Shown here one piece after another: positions 19,988 to 28,918 of a DNA stretch of 64,000 nt. The first letter of the stretch is position 1. Each line of letters starts with the position of its first letter. A program made the position numbers and the translations under genes. The notes beneath the pieces are model-generated. The model made no database searches. It was given only the letters and a program-made list of their open reading frames with translations, and was not told where the DNA came from. The stretch is from Treponemataceae bacterium (GTDB taxonomy: Bacteria; Spirochaetota; Spirochaetia; Treponematales; Rectinemataceae): contig CAXXGJ010000038.1 in assembly GCA_963677895.2 (NCBI GenBank), forward strand, positions 416,001 through 480,000. The letters run 5' to 3'.

Positions 19988-20032
19988 GGCGGGTACCTGA
20001 AGGACATCGACGCCCATCAGGCGCCCGCCTTT
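19988..20032 (+). terminator. intercistronic stem-loop after the substrate-binding protein gene
   Basis: GGCGGGTACCTGA...TCAGGCGCCCGCC-TTT. Confidence 0.5.
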
Positions 20033-20052
20033 CGTAAGCGCGAAGGAGAATC

Positions 20053-20964
20053 GTGAACACCTTCATCGAGCAGCTCATCAATGGCCTGACTATCGGTTCC
20101 TTCTACGCACTCGTCGCCCTGGGATATTCCATGGTGTATGGCGTCATGAAGCTTATCAATTTCGCGCACGGCGACCTCTTCGCCTTCGGCGCCTATCTCG
20201 GCTATACGCTACTCACGAGCGCCGCGGGCAAGGTCACCGCCACGCTCGGCATCTGGGGAGGCATCGCCTTCGCCGCGTGCATCGTGGCGGCGAGCGTCGC
20301 CCTGGCGGGCGTTCTCGTGGAGAGGATCGCCTACAGACCCGTCTATCCTTCGGGCAGACTCTCCCTCGTCGTCTCGGCGCTGGGCGTGGCCATCTTTCTC
20401 CAGAACTCGATAATGGCAATCTGGGGAGCCCGGCCCCAGGCTTTCGCCGCGAGCGTCGTTCCCTCCTATCGTTTCAAGATCGCGGGCATCCCCGTCACCG
20501 AACTCCAGGTGACGATTCTCGCCATCTCCTTCGCGCTCATGTTCATCATCTGGCTCATCGTCGAAAAATCCACCTTCGGTGCCGCCGTGAGGGCTTCCGC
20601 CCTGGACAGGGAGACCGCCACCCTCGTCGGCATCGACGTGCGCAAGGTCATTTTCTTCGTCTTCGCCCTCGGCCCGGGTTTGGGCGGCGTGGCCGGGCTC
20701 ATGAACGGGCTCTATTACCGATCCATCAGCTTCAACATGGGATGGAATTACGGCCTCAAGGCCTTCACCGCGACGATTCTGGGCGGAATCGGCAACATCC
20801 CCGGCGCGATGCTCGGCGGCCTTCTCCTCGGCATCGTGGAATCCCTGCTTTCCGGCTATGTCAGCGGCGCGTGGAAGGACGTCTTCGTCTTCATCCTTCT
20901 CATCGTCACCCTCATTTTCCGGCCGACGGGACTTCTGGGCGAAAAAACGGCGGAGAAAGTCTGA
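20053..20964 (+). CDS. livH: branched-chain amino acid ABC transporter permease
   Basis: QLINGLTIGSFYALVALGYSMVYG..KLINFAHG; KAFTATILGGIGNIPGA. Confidence 0.95.
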   Translation: MNTFIEQLINGLTIGSFYALVALGYSMVYGVMKLINFAHGDLFAFGAYLGYTLLTSAAGKVTATLGIWGGIAFAACIVAASVALAGVLVERIAYRPVYPSGRLSLVVSALGVAIFLQNSIMAIWGARPQAFAASVVPSYRFKIAGIPVTELQVTILAISFALMFIIWLIVEKSTFGAAVRASALDRETATLVGIDVRKVIFFVFALGPGLGGVAGLMNGLYYRSISFNMGWNYGLKAFTATILGGIGNIPGAMLGGLLLGIVESLLSGYVSGAWKDVFVFILLIVTLIFRPTGLLGEKTAEKV

Positions 20965-22847
20965 TGAGCATAACAAAAAATATTCTGGACAGGATTCTCT
21001 CCGCCCCGACAGAGGGAGGCAAAAGGCGCATGGACCGCAGGACGATCACCCTCGCCTCGATTGCCATCCTCTTTCTCTTCCCGTTGATGCCCTTCATAGA
21101 CAATTACTGGATCGACGTGGGATTCTACTGCGGCATTTACGCCCTCCTGGGGCTTTCGCTCAATATCGTCCTCGGCGAAGTCGGGCTCTTCGATCTGGGC
21201 CACACGGGCTTCTACGCGATCGGCGCCTATGTCACCGCCATACTCAACACGCAGTTCCATCTCCCCATCCTCCTCCTTCTGCCGATAGCTGCCCTCGTTT
21301 CCGGCCTCTTCGCCTGGATCGTCACCGCTCCCGTCATCCACCTGAAGGGCGACTATCTCTGCATCGTGACGATAGGTTTGGGCGAAATCATCCGCCTCAC
21401 GATGATCAACAATCCCTTCGGACTCACGGGCGGCCCCAACGGCATCAACGGCATAGACGGGCCCAGTTTCATAGTCCCGATCGTCTCGTCCCGGCAGTTC
21501 TACTATCTCATATGGGGGCTCATCGCCATCATCACCTTCGGCCTCATCAGGCTCCAGCGTTCCAGGGTCGGACGCGCGTGGAACTACATCCGCGAGGACG
21601 AGACGGCCGCCGAGGCCCTCGGCGTCGATGTGCGGCACTACAAGCTCGCCGCCTTCGTGCTCGGCGCGGCGCTCGCGGGTATAGCGGGCAACGTCTACGC
21701 TTCCAAGCAGATGTCGGTGTCGCCGGAAAGCTTCACTTTCATGGAGTCATCCCTGCTATTCTGCATCGTGCTTCTGGGCGGCCTGGGCTCGATTCCGGGG
21801 ACGATGCTCGGCGCCGTGGCTATCACGGTCTTCCCGGAAATCTTCAGGCCTTTCGCCAAATACAGGCTCATGTTCTTCGGTCTCGCCCTCCTTCTCATGA
21901 TGATCTTCAAGCCCGCGGGCTTTCTGCCGCGCGTCAGGGATTCGGGCGAAACGCTGCGGAAAGCATTAGGCGGCAAGCGCCGCGGGCGGCCGGTTCCAGA
22001 TGTTTCGTCGGACGGTGATTCCGGCGCTGGCTCCGCGTCCGGCGTCGGACCGGCGGCACGGGTGCCTGAACCCGCCTCGGATCTGTCCCTTCTGGAAGTG
22101 AAGGACGTTACGCTTTCGTTCGGCGGCGTGACGGCCGTCGCGGATATGGACGCCTGCGTTTCCAAGGGAAGGATCACCGCCCTCATCGGTCCCAACGGAG
22201 CGGGCAAGACGACCCTGTTCAATCTCATCACGGGCATCTACAAGCCCCTGAAGGGCCAGATCAGCTTCAAGGACGAGAAGATTTCGGGCGAGCGTCCCCA
22301 CGAGATCGTGAAGAAGGGAATTGCCCGCACCTTCCAGAACATCAGGATATTCCCCACCCTCACCTGCTTGGAGAATGTGCTTTGCGGCCAGCACTGCAGG
22401 GGAAAAGCCGGCTTTATCGGTTCTATTTTCAGGCTGCCTTCGCAGCGGCGGGAGGAGGAATCCATGTTGGCCTGCGCCGACCGCTGCCTAGAGCGGGTCG
22501 GGCTGGCGGAATCCGCCGACAAACTGGCGTCTTCCCTTCCCTACGGGAAACGCCGCTACCTGGAAATCGCCCGCGCGCTTGCCGTCAACCCTGATCTCAT
22601 CGTCCTCGACGAGCCCTCCTCGGGCCTGAACGACGCGGAGACCGAGGATTTGTCCAGGCTGCTTCTCTCTCTTCTCGCCGACGGGCTTTCGATTCTGCTT
22701 ATCGAGCACGACATGAATCTCGTGGACATGGTCAGCGACCATGTCATCGTCATGCAGACGGGAAGGAAAATCGCCGAGGGCGAGATGTGCGACATCAGGC
22801 TCAATCCGCTCGTGATCGAAGCCTATCTGGGCAAGGAAGAGGACTAG
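20964..22847 (+). CDS. fused ABC permease/ATP-binding protein (LivM-LivG)
   Basis: LNIVLGEVG.FDLGH, LKGDYL, IREDE.AA (LivM), then GPNGAGKTT, ARTFQN, LDEP, LIEHDM (LivG); real start is the ATG overlapping the livH stop. Confidence 0.9.
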   Translation: MSITKNILDRILSAPTEGGKRRMDRRTITLASIAILFLFPLMPFIDNYWIDVGFYCGIYALLGLSLNIVLGEVGLFDLGHTGFYAIGAYVTAILNTQFHLPILLLLPIAALVSGLFAWIVTAPVIHLKGDYLCIVTIGLGEIIRLTMINNPFGLTGGPNGINGIDGPSFIVPIVSSRQFYYLIWGLIAIITFGLIRLQRSRVGRAWNYIREDETAAEALGVDVRHYKLAAFVLGAALAGIAGNVYASKQMSVSPESFTFMESSLLFCIVLLGGLGSIPGTMLGAVAITVFPEIFRPFAKYRLMFFGLALLLMMIFKPAGFLPRVRDSGETLRKALGGKRRGRPVPDVSSDGDSGAGSASGVGPAARVPEPASDLSLLEVKDVTLSFGGVTAVADMDACVSKGRITALIGPNGAGKTTLFNLITGIYKPLKGQISFKDEKISGERPHEIVKKGIARTFQNIRIFPTLTCLENVLCGQHCRGKAGFIGSIFRLPSQRREEESMLACADRCLERVGLAESADKLASSLPYGKRRYLEIARALAVNPDLIVLDEPSSGLNDAETEDLSRLLLSLLADGLSILLIEHDMNLVDMVSDHVIVMQTGRKIAEGEMCDIRLNPLVIEAYLGKEED

Positions 22848-22852
22848 AAACC

Positions 22853-23596
22853 ATGGCAGCTCTGCTTGAAATCAAGGATTTGTCCCTGGACTACGGGGCC
22901 GTGCGCGCCTTGGACGGCGTGTCGCTCACGGTGGGCGAAAACGAGATTGTGGCCGTGCTCGGCGCGAACGGGGCCGGCAAGACCAGCCTTCTGAAGGCGA
23001 TTTCCTGCCTCAAAAAGCCCAGTTCGGGCCAGATGCTCTTCGGCGGCCACGAGCTGGCGAGCATGCCCGCCTATACGCTGGCGGCGCAGGGCATCGCCCA
23101 TGTGCCGGAAGGGCGTCATGTCTTCGCCACCTTGAGCGTCCGCGAGAATATCATCCTCGGCAAGTACGGCGTCCGGCACGCGAGGGAAAAAGCGCGGCAG
23201 GCGGGCATGGAGGAGCGGGTTTACAACCTCTTCCCTATTCTTAGGGAGCGGCGCAACCAGCTGGCTGGCACCCTTTCCGGCGGCGAACAGCAGATGCTCG
23301 CCATAGGCCGCGCCATTGTCTCCTCGCCCTCGCTTCTCCTCCTCGACGAGCCTTCGCTGGGTCTCGCCCCCATCATCGTGCAGGAGATTTTCGCCCTCAT
23401 CAAGAAGATTCACGACGAGGAAAAAGTGGCCATCCTCCTCGTCGAGCAGAACGCGCGGAAGGCCCTCAAGGCCGCTTCCCGCGCCTACATCCTCGAGCTC
23501 GGCAAGATCGTGATCGAAGGCGAGTCGAAGAGCCTCGCGGTCGATCCGCGGGTCCAGGCCGCCTATCTGGGCGGAAAGGAATGCCAGGAAAACTGA
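22853..23596 (+). CDS. livF: branched-chain amino acid ABC transporter ATP-binding protein
   Basis: GANGAGKT, HVPEGR, LSGGEQQM, LDEPSLGLAP, LVEQNA. Confidence 0.95.
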   Translation: MAALLEIKDLSLDYGAVRALDGVSLTVGENEIVAVLGANGAGKTSLLKAISCLKKPSSGQMLFGGHELASMPAYTLAAQGIAHVPEGRHVFATLSVRENIILGKYGVRHAREKARQAGMEERVYNLFPILRERRNQLAGTLSGGEQQMLAIGRAIVSSPSLLLLDEPSLGLAPIIVQEIFALIKKIHDEEKVAILLVEQNARKALKAASRAYILELGKIVIEGESKSLAVDPRVQAAYLGGKECQEN

Positions 23597-23626
23597 CACC
23601 CTCGATTAACGCCGCCGCTGGGGTTG

Positions 23627-23635
23627 TGCTATAAT
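23627..23635 (+). promoter_or_regulatory. extended -10 promoter of murD
   Basis: TGCTATAAT 57 bp upstream of the murD ATG. Confidence 0.55.
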
Positions 23636-23692
23636 GCCTTTCGGCCCCGCGCGCGCGAAGCCATCCATCGGCGCGGCGCCGAAAGGGAATAT

Positions 23693-25105
23693 ATGACGAT
23701 GATGCCCTCCTCCATAAAAGATATCGCCGGCATGAAGGTCACCGTAATGGGCTTGGGCCTGCATGGCGGAGGTTTGGCGAGCGCCAAGTTTTTCAGCGAC
23801 AAGGGAGCTCTCGTCACCGTCACCGATCTGAGGGATGAAGCCACGCTGGCGCCGTCTATCGAAGCGCTTTCGGGGCGAGATATCCGCTACGTGCTGGGAC
23901 GCCACGAGACCGAGGATTTCAGGAACGCCGACATCGTCATCAAGAATCCGGCCGTAAGGCGAACCTCCCCCTTCCTCGCCGCCGCCAGAAGCCTCGAAAC
24001 CGACATTTCCGTCTTCCTCCGCTATTCGAAATCGCCCATCGTCGCGGTGACCGGTTCCAAGGGCAAGTCGTCGACGGTGAGCGCCATCCATCACGGATTC
24101 AAAGCGAACGGAATCGCCGCGCTCCTCGGCGGCAACATCACGGTTTCGCCCCTGGGTTTCCTCGATGAAACGGCCGCGGACAGGCCCGTCGTGCTCGAGC
24201 TCTCCTCCTGGCAGCTCGCCGACATGAAGGGTCTGGGTGTTTTGAAGCCCAAGGTGGCGGCGCTTACCGCGATAATGCCCGATCACATGAATTACTACGG
24301 CTCCATGGAAGAATACGTGGCCGATAAACGTCTCATCTACGCGGATCAAGACCCTTCCGACTTTACGATATGCGATTTTGACTCGACCTGGGGTCAAAGC
24401 TTCGCTTCCGAAACGAGGGGAAAGGTGCTCTGGTATTCGGGGAAGGAACTGCGCGGGGAAGGCGCCTGGCTTGCGACGATGCGCGACGGAAAGGAGCGCG
24501 GGCTGCGCCGCTCGATGAAAGAGGGATCGCCCAACGTCGAGGAGATACTCCCCTCCGGCCTTCTCGTTCCCGGCGCGCATATGCGGAAGAATCTCCTCGC
24601 CGCGGGACTCGCCCTGGGCGCCATGGGCATGGAGACCGAAAAAATCGCCTCCGCGATGGCGAGCTTTCCCGGCGTAGAGCACAGGCTTGAGTTCTTCGCC
24701 GAATCGCGCGGCGTCCGATGGTACAACGACTCCGCGGCGACGATACCCTACGCAGTCGACGCCGCGCTCTCAAGCTTCATCGATCCTGTCGTCCTCATTA
24801 CGGGCGGCACCGACAAGAACATCGATTTCGAACCCATGAAGAGGGCTTACGCCAAAGCGGCATCGATCGTCCTTCTCTCCGGCACGGGTACGGACAAGCT
24901 CATGCCGCTCCTCGCGGAGCAGGGCATCGCGTGGAAGGGGCCTTTCGACAACCTCGCCGAGGCGGTCAACGCCGCCGACGCCCTGGCCAAACCCGGTTCG
25001 GCCGTCCTGCTCTCGCCGGGCTGCGCCTCCTTCGGGATGTTCCTCCACGAATTCGACCGCGGTAAGAAGTTCAAGGAAACGGTGAGGGCTTACCTGGGGC
25101 TCTAA
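23693..25105 (+). CDS. murD: UDP-N-acetylmuramoyl-L-alanine--D-glutamate ligase
   Basis: VTGSKGKSST, GGNI, ELSSWQL, DHMNYY, GVEHRLE, YNDS, LLSPGCASFGMF..EFDRG. Confidence 0.95.
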   Translation: MTMMPSSIKDIAGMKVTVMGLGLHGGGLASAKFFSDKGALVTVTDLRDEATLAPSIEALSGRDIRYVLGRHETEDFRNADIVIKNPAVRRTSPFLAAARSLETDISVFLRYSKSPIVAVTGSKGKSSTVSAIHHGFKANGIAALLGGNITVSPLGFLDETAADRPVVLELSSWQLADMKGLGVLKPKVAALTAIMPDHMNYYGSMEEYVADKRLIYADQDPSDFTICDFDSTWGQSFASETRGKVLWYSGKELRGEGAWLATMRDGKERGLRRSMKEGSPNVEEILPSGLLVPGAHMRKNLLAAGLALGAMGMETEKIASAMASFPGVEHRLEFFAESRGVRWYNDSAATIPYAVDAALSSFIDPVVLITGGTDKNIDFEPMKRAYAKAASIVLLSGTGTDKLMPLLAEQGIAWKGPFDNLAEAVNAADALAKPGSAVLLSPGCASFGMFLHEFDRGKKFKETVRAYLGL

Positions 25106-25144
25106 CGCCTTCTGAGGCTGGAGCGCCTCATGGGTTCTGGCGCC

Positions 25145-25993
25145 TCAATGGAAGGCTATGGCCGCGTAACCGACGAAGGAATCGTCCTGCCTGATATCGA
25201 GACTCGTGGCATAGTCCAGAAGCTCGGCTTCCGTGGCACCCACTTCGATCGCGAAGCTCAGCGAGGCGACCGCCGCCCCCGCCGAACAGGCCGATCCTTT
25301 CTTGACGGCATGAGTAAGGGCAACCTCGCAGTTCATATCGAGCAGGGCGTCGATGAAGGCCTTGTCATTCACCGATTTCACCCATTTTTCGGCTTTTTCA
25401 CCTATCCCAGCCGGCATGAACCCATAGGCGGGGCCGTAATGGGTCAGATCGGTGGATCCCACGCAGGCCACCTTCTTGCCTAGCAAGGTAGAAGCCCTTC
25501 CCAAAGCGGCCCCGAGTTCCTTGGCTCCGTAGTGAGGGGGACTTCGCAGCCAGAGAATTTTCGCCTCGGGCTGCAGGGCCGCTATCATCGGCAGGAGGAC
25601 TTCCACGCTGTTGTCGACGTATTCATCGGGATGGGGCGAAGGCACACCCGAGTCGCGCAACTCATCGCCCAGGGCATCGAGCAGCTCGATATCGGCCGGC
25701 AGCTCCCCACAGACGGTCTCGAAGGAGGATTCCCTGGCGTAGAGGATGGGGCTGTTTTGCGGCAGGTGACCGCCGACGACCACGATCGTCTCGGATCCGG
25801 CAAGGGCAGCGATGGCCAGCGCCGAAAGCCTGCCGGAAAAGGACCAGCCGGCATGGGGAGAAACCACCGCGGCGGCGCCGCGGTTTTTAAGCCCCTCGGT
25901 CCACTCGGCCAGGACTCGGGTTATGGTCTCCCGATCCCTTGGATACCAGCCATTGGGGAGAGCGGACCTGCGTTTCGCTTCGCCTGTTTCCAT
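25145..25993 (-). CDS. amrB: AmmeMemoRadiSam system protein B (MEMO1 family)
   Basis: GWYP, PHAGW.FSG, DNSVEV.LP, STDLTHYG, YATS..FVGY. Confidence 0.85.
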   Translation of the reverse strand: METGEAKRRSALPNGWYPRDRETITRVLAEWTEGLKNRGAAAVVSPHAGWSFSGRLSALAIAALAGSETIVVVGGHLPQNSPILYARESSFETVCGELPADIELLDALGDELRDSGVPSPHPDEYVDNSVEVLLPMIAALQPEAKILWLRSPPHYGAKELGAALGRASTLLGKKVACVGSTDLTHYGPAYGFMPAGIGEKAEKWVKSVNDKAFIDALLDMNCEVALTHAVKKGSACSAGAAVASLSFAIEVGATEAELLDYATSLDIRQDDSFVGYAAIAFH

Positions 25994-26116
25994 GGGGAGG
26001 TTCCTCCTCAAGCTTAGTATAGCCACTTTCCAGGGCGGGAAAAGCCTTCAACCCGAAAATTTGTGCGCAAGGCCGCTCCATCTCCTTCCGATAATCTAGA
26101 AGATCAGGAAGGGAAC

Positions 26117-27775
26117 ATGAGAAAAACACTTCGCGGGCTCGTGGCTGTCATATCGATCATCGTCGCCATTCTGGCGATAGTCTCCTTCGTCTACAGGCTG
26201 GGCGATTTACGGACATCGGGCGAGCGCTCCAGCGGAGCGGAATATTCCATCCTCCGGAATGCCCTCATGTCGCTGCAGACGGCGGGCGACCTGCAGGATC
26301 AATTCCTGCGCGAAAGACTGATAGCCCTCTACAAGGGAAGCAACCGGCTTCTGGCCGCCCAAGTCCTCGACTCGTCGGGCATGGCGCTGTGGAAGGTTCC
26401 ATCGGGCTCCTCATATTTCGCGCTTCCCAACGACGCTTCCGTACGCGCGGGTTTTTCGGCCCCGGAATGGAGCACGGTCATCTTCACGACGCCTTTGAGC
26501 GAGGGAATGAAGCTTTCGGCCATCTATGCCACCCTGCGGAGGTCGGATATTTCGCAGGCCGCCAGGGTACCCGTGATAATCAGCGCGATCTGGTGTCTGG
26601 TCGTCGCTTTGGCCATCGTCCTGCTCGGCAATGAAGGTAAGGAGAAAAATCGCTCGGATGCAGAGAATGCGCTCGAAACCACGCTGCCCCCTGAAGCCGC
26701 GATGTCTCCCGAAACGGAAACCGCTCCCGCCATGGAACCGAAGGATGAGGCCTCGGCTAAAGCCGTGGATGAGGACGAAATTACGGATGAGGACGCGGCA
26801 GCCTCGGCCGACGAAGAATTCGAAGACGAAATTCCCGACCTGTTGATCGAAGCTGATTCACCCGATGCCGAAGAAGAAGAGAAGATCGAAGCTGTCGACG
26901 AAATCCAGACAACGACGCAGCCTGCCTCCGACCTCGCTCCCTCCGGTCGGAACTTCGAAGAAAGCCTCGCCAAACTCGAGGAAGAAATAGTCGGCTGGTC
27001 CAATCGCCATGCGGATCAGTCCCCCATCGCGTCGCGGAAGGTTGAGCCGCGGCCCAAATCCGAAGAACCATCCATCAACGGACAGATCGAGGAAGAACTC
27101 GACGCCGAGATAAACGAAGAACTCGATGAATTGGAAACCCTTCCCGAAGAAGAACAGGCCGCGGAAAACGAGAATGACATAGCCGATTCGAGGGAAACCC
27201 TCCAGGAATTCGAGGAACTCAGGGCCGAGGACAGGACGGAAAAGCTCCAGCCCGTCGAGACCGCTTCCGCTCGCACTTCCGCTTCCCCTTCGGAGCGCCT
27301 GGATATAGCGAACTTGCCGATGCCCTTGTCTTTGGGCGATCCGCAGCTCGAAGCCAGGTTGAGCGAGGAACTGGGACGCGGCGCCAAGGCTGAAGTCTCG
27401 CTCATGCTCATCCATTGCGGCGTCAGTTCCCGCAGCGATCCCGCGGCCGTCGCCCTTGCCGTCACCATAAAAGACTATGTCGGCTCGAAGGAATTGGTTT
27501 TCGAGCTGTACAAAGGGGCTTTCGCGATCGTGCTCCCCTCCGTGGACCTTGGCGGCACCCTGAAGATGTCGGAGGACCTTGCCGACGTGCTCTCCGCTAC
27601 CCTGAGCCTTTATAAGGACATCGAAGGCGAAGCGCCCGTGTTTATCGGGATCTCCGCCCGTTCGGGCAGGCAGATCGACGCGTACAAGATCTACCGCGAG
27701 GCATCGACCGCGGTACACAAGGCCTATTCGGGCGGCCATTCCAGGATACTCGCCTTCAGGCCCAAGGCCGAATGA
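26117..27775 (+). CDS. membrane protein with long acidic linker and degenerate GGDEF-like C-terminal domain
   Basis: Two TM segments, about 220-aa Glu/Asp-rich region, C-terminal VFELYKGAFAIVLP...VFIGIS...EA..A..KA..GG.SRI; no GGDEF motif. Confidence 0.65.
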   Translation: MRKTLRGLVAVISIIVAILAIVSFVYRLGDLRTSGERSSGAEYSILRNALMSLQTAGDLQDQFLRERLIALYKGSNRLLAAQVLDSSGMALWKVPSGSSYFALPNDASVRAGFSAPEWSTVIFTTPLSEGMKLSAIYATLRRSDISQAARVPVIISAIWCLVVALAIVLLGNEGKEKNRSDAENALETTLPPEAAMSPETETAPAMEPKDEASAKAVDEDEITDEDAAASADEEFEDEIPDLLIEADSPDAEEEEKIEAVDEIQTTTQPASDLAPSGRNFEESLAKLEEEIVGWSNRHADQSPIASRKVEPRPKSEEPSINGQIEEELDAEINEELDELETLPEEEQAAENENDIADSRETLQEFEELRAEDRTEKLQPVETASARTSASPSERLDIANLPMPLSLGDPQLEARLSEELGRGAKAEVSLMLIHCGVSSRSDPAAVALAVTIKDYVGSKELVFELYKGAFAIVLPSVDLGGTLKMSEDLADVLSATLSLYKDIEGEAPVFIGISARSGRQIDAYKIYREASTAVHKAYSGGHSRILAFRPKAE

Positions 27776-27798
27776 GATAAAAAGGCCGCAGGCGCATT

Positions 27799-27833
27799 AA
27801 AAGGGCCGCACGCGATCGCGTGCGGCCCTTTTT
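27799..27833. terminator. bidirectional intrinsic terminator
   Basis: AAAAGGGCCGCACGCGA/TCGCGTGCGGCCCTTTT between convergent genes. Confidence 0.85.
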
Positions 27834-27849
27834 CATGAAAAACGAGACT

Positions 27850-28779
27850 TCAGTCCACGTTTTCGATGGGGAAATTCATCCTGTCGCGCGTGAGGATGGT
27901 GTTCGAAAAGACCTCCTGCGCTTCCTTCAGCAGCTGCTTGAGTTCCTTGTCCGCGTAGCGCGGACTGTAATGGATGAGCCCCAAGAGCTTCACGCCTCCC
28001 GCGTCCCTGGCGATGGTGGCGGCCTGGCGCGCCGTCATGTGCCGTTTTTCCACGGCCGAGGCAAGCAGCGCGTCCTCGAACATCCCTTCGCAGACAAGGA
28101 GGTCGGAACCGGCGACTTCACGCGATATCTCCGGGAAATAGAGGCTGTCCGTGGCATAGCTGAATTTTCTCCCCATGCGTGGAGCCCCGAGGACGTCCTC
28201 GGGATGGACGAGTAGCCCGCTGGGCAAGATCACGTTCCCGCCGCCCTGGAGCACGGACCAGAGCGGTCCGCGCGGCACTCCCAGCGCGAGCGCTTTTTCC
28301 GGGAAGAAGGCTCCCGGACGCATATGTTCCTCGAGCGTATAGCCGTAGCAAGGTTTCGTGTGCCGCAGCCCGAAGGAACGTATCGAGAAATCCTTGTCTT
28401 CCCACAGAATTCCCGGTTCGGTGAATTCCTTCACGATGATCTCATAGTTGATGTACATATCGAGGGACCTTCTGGTCTGCTCGATATACTCGGCGATCCG
28501 GGGAGGACCGAATATGTAGAGTGGCTCCTGCCTGTCCACCTGACTGTTGAGCATCAGGATCCCAGGTAAACCCGTGACATGGTCGGCATGCATGTGCGAT
28601 ATGAAAATGGCGGTGATTTTCTTCCACCGGAGGTTCAGGCGACGGATGGATATCTGGGTCGCTTCTCCCGCGTCGAAAAGAAAGAGCTCGCCTTCGCGCC
28701 GAAGAAGTACGCTGGTAAGGTGACGGTAGGGAAGCGGCATCATGCCGCCGCAGCCCAGTACGAATGCTTCGAGATTCAT
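27850..28779 (-). CDS. rnz: ribonuclease Z
   Basis: LFDAGEATQ, ISHMHADHVTGLPG, GVPRGP exosite, DLLVCEGMF, KRHMTA, IHYSPRY. Confidence 0.95.
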   Translation of the reverse strand: MNLEAFVLGCGGMMPLPYRHLTSVLLRREGELFLFDAGEATQISIRRLNLRWKKITAIFISHMHADHVTGLPGILMLNSQVDRQEPLYIFGPPRIAEYIEQTRRSLDMYINYEIIVKEFTEPGILWEDKDFSIRSFGLRHTKPCYGYTLEEHMRPGAFFPEKALALGVPRGPLWSVLQGGGNVILPSGLLVHPEDVLGAPRMGRKFSYATDSLYFPEISREVAGSDLLVCEGMFEDALLASAVEKRHMTARQAATIARDAGGVKLLGLIHYSPRYADKELKQLLKEAQEVFSNTILTRDRMNFPIENVD

Positions 28780-28789
28780 GTTGGCTGAG

Positions 28790-28818
28790 ACTATAGCCGA
28801 AAGAAAAGGCTTTCGCAA
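28790..28818 (-). promoter_or_regulatory. sigma70-type promoter of rnz (very short leader)
   Basis: TTGCGA-17-TATAGT, 10 nt before ATG, no SD. Confidence 0.55.
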
Positions 28819-28918
28819 TGGCGCAGGTCCAGGAGACGCGCGCCCGCGGACGCCACCTCGATTCTGGACGGCATAGAGGCGCTTGAGCAACGCGGCTTCT
28901 TCGTGCAAGTATAGTACC

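Noticed and set aside
20277..20963. N-terminal extension of the 856-aa ORF
   Set aside because: Out-of-frame overlap with livH; the real start is the ATG at 20964.
27778..27810. Short direct repeat AAAAG(G)GCCGCA before the terminator
   Set aside because: Partial duplication of the terminator arm between convergent genes; no downstream gene to attenuate.
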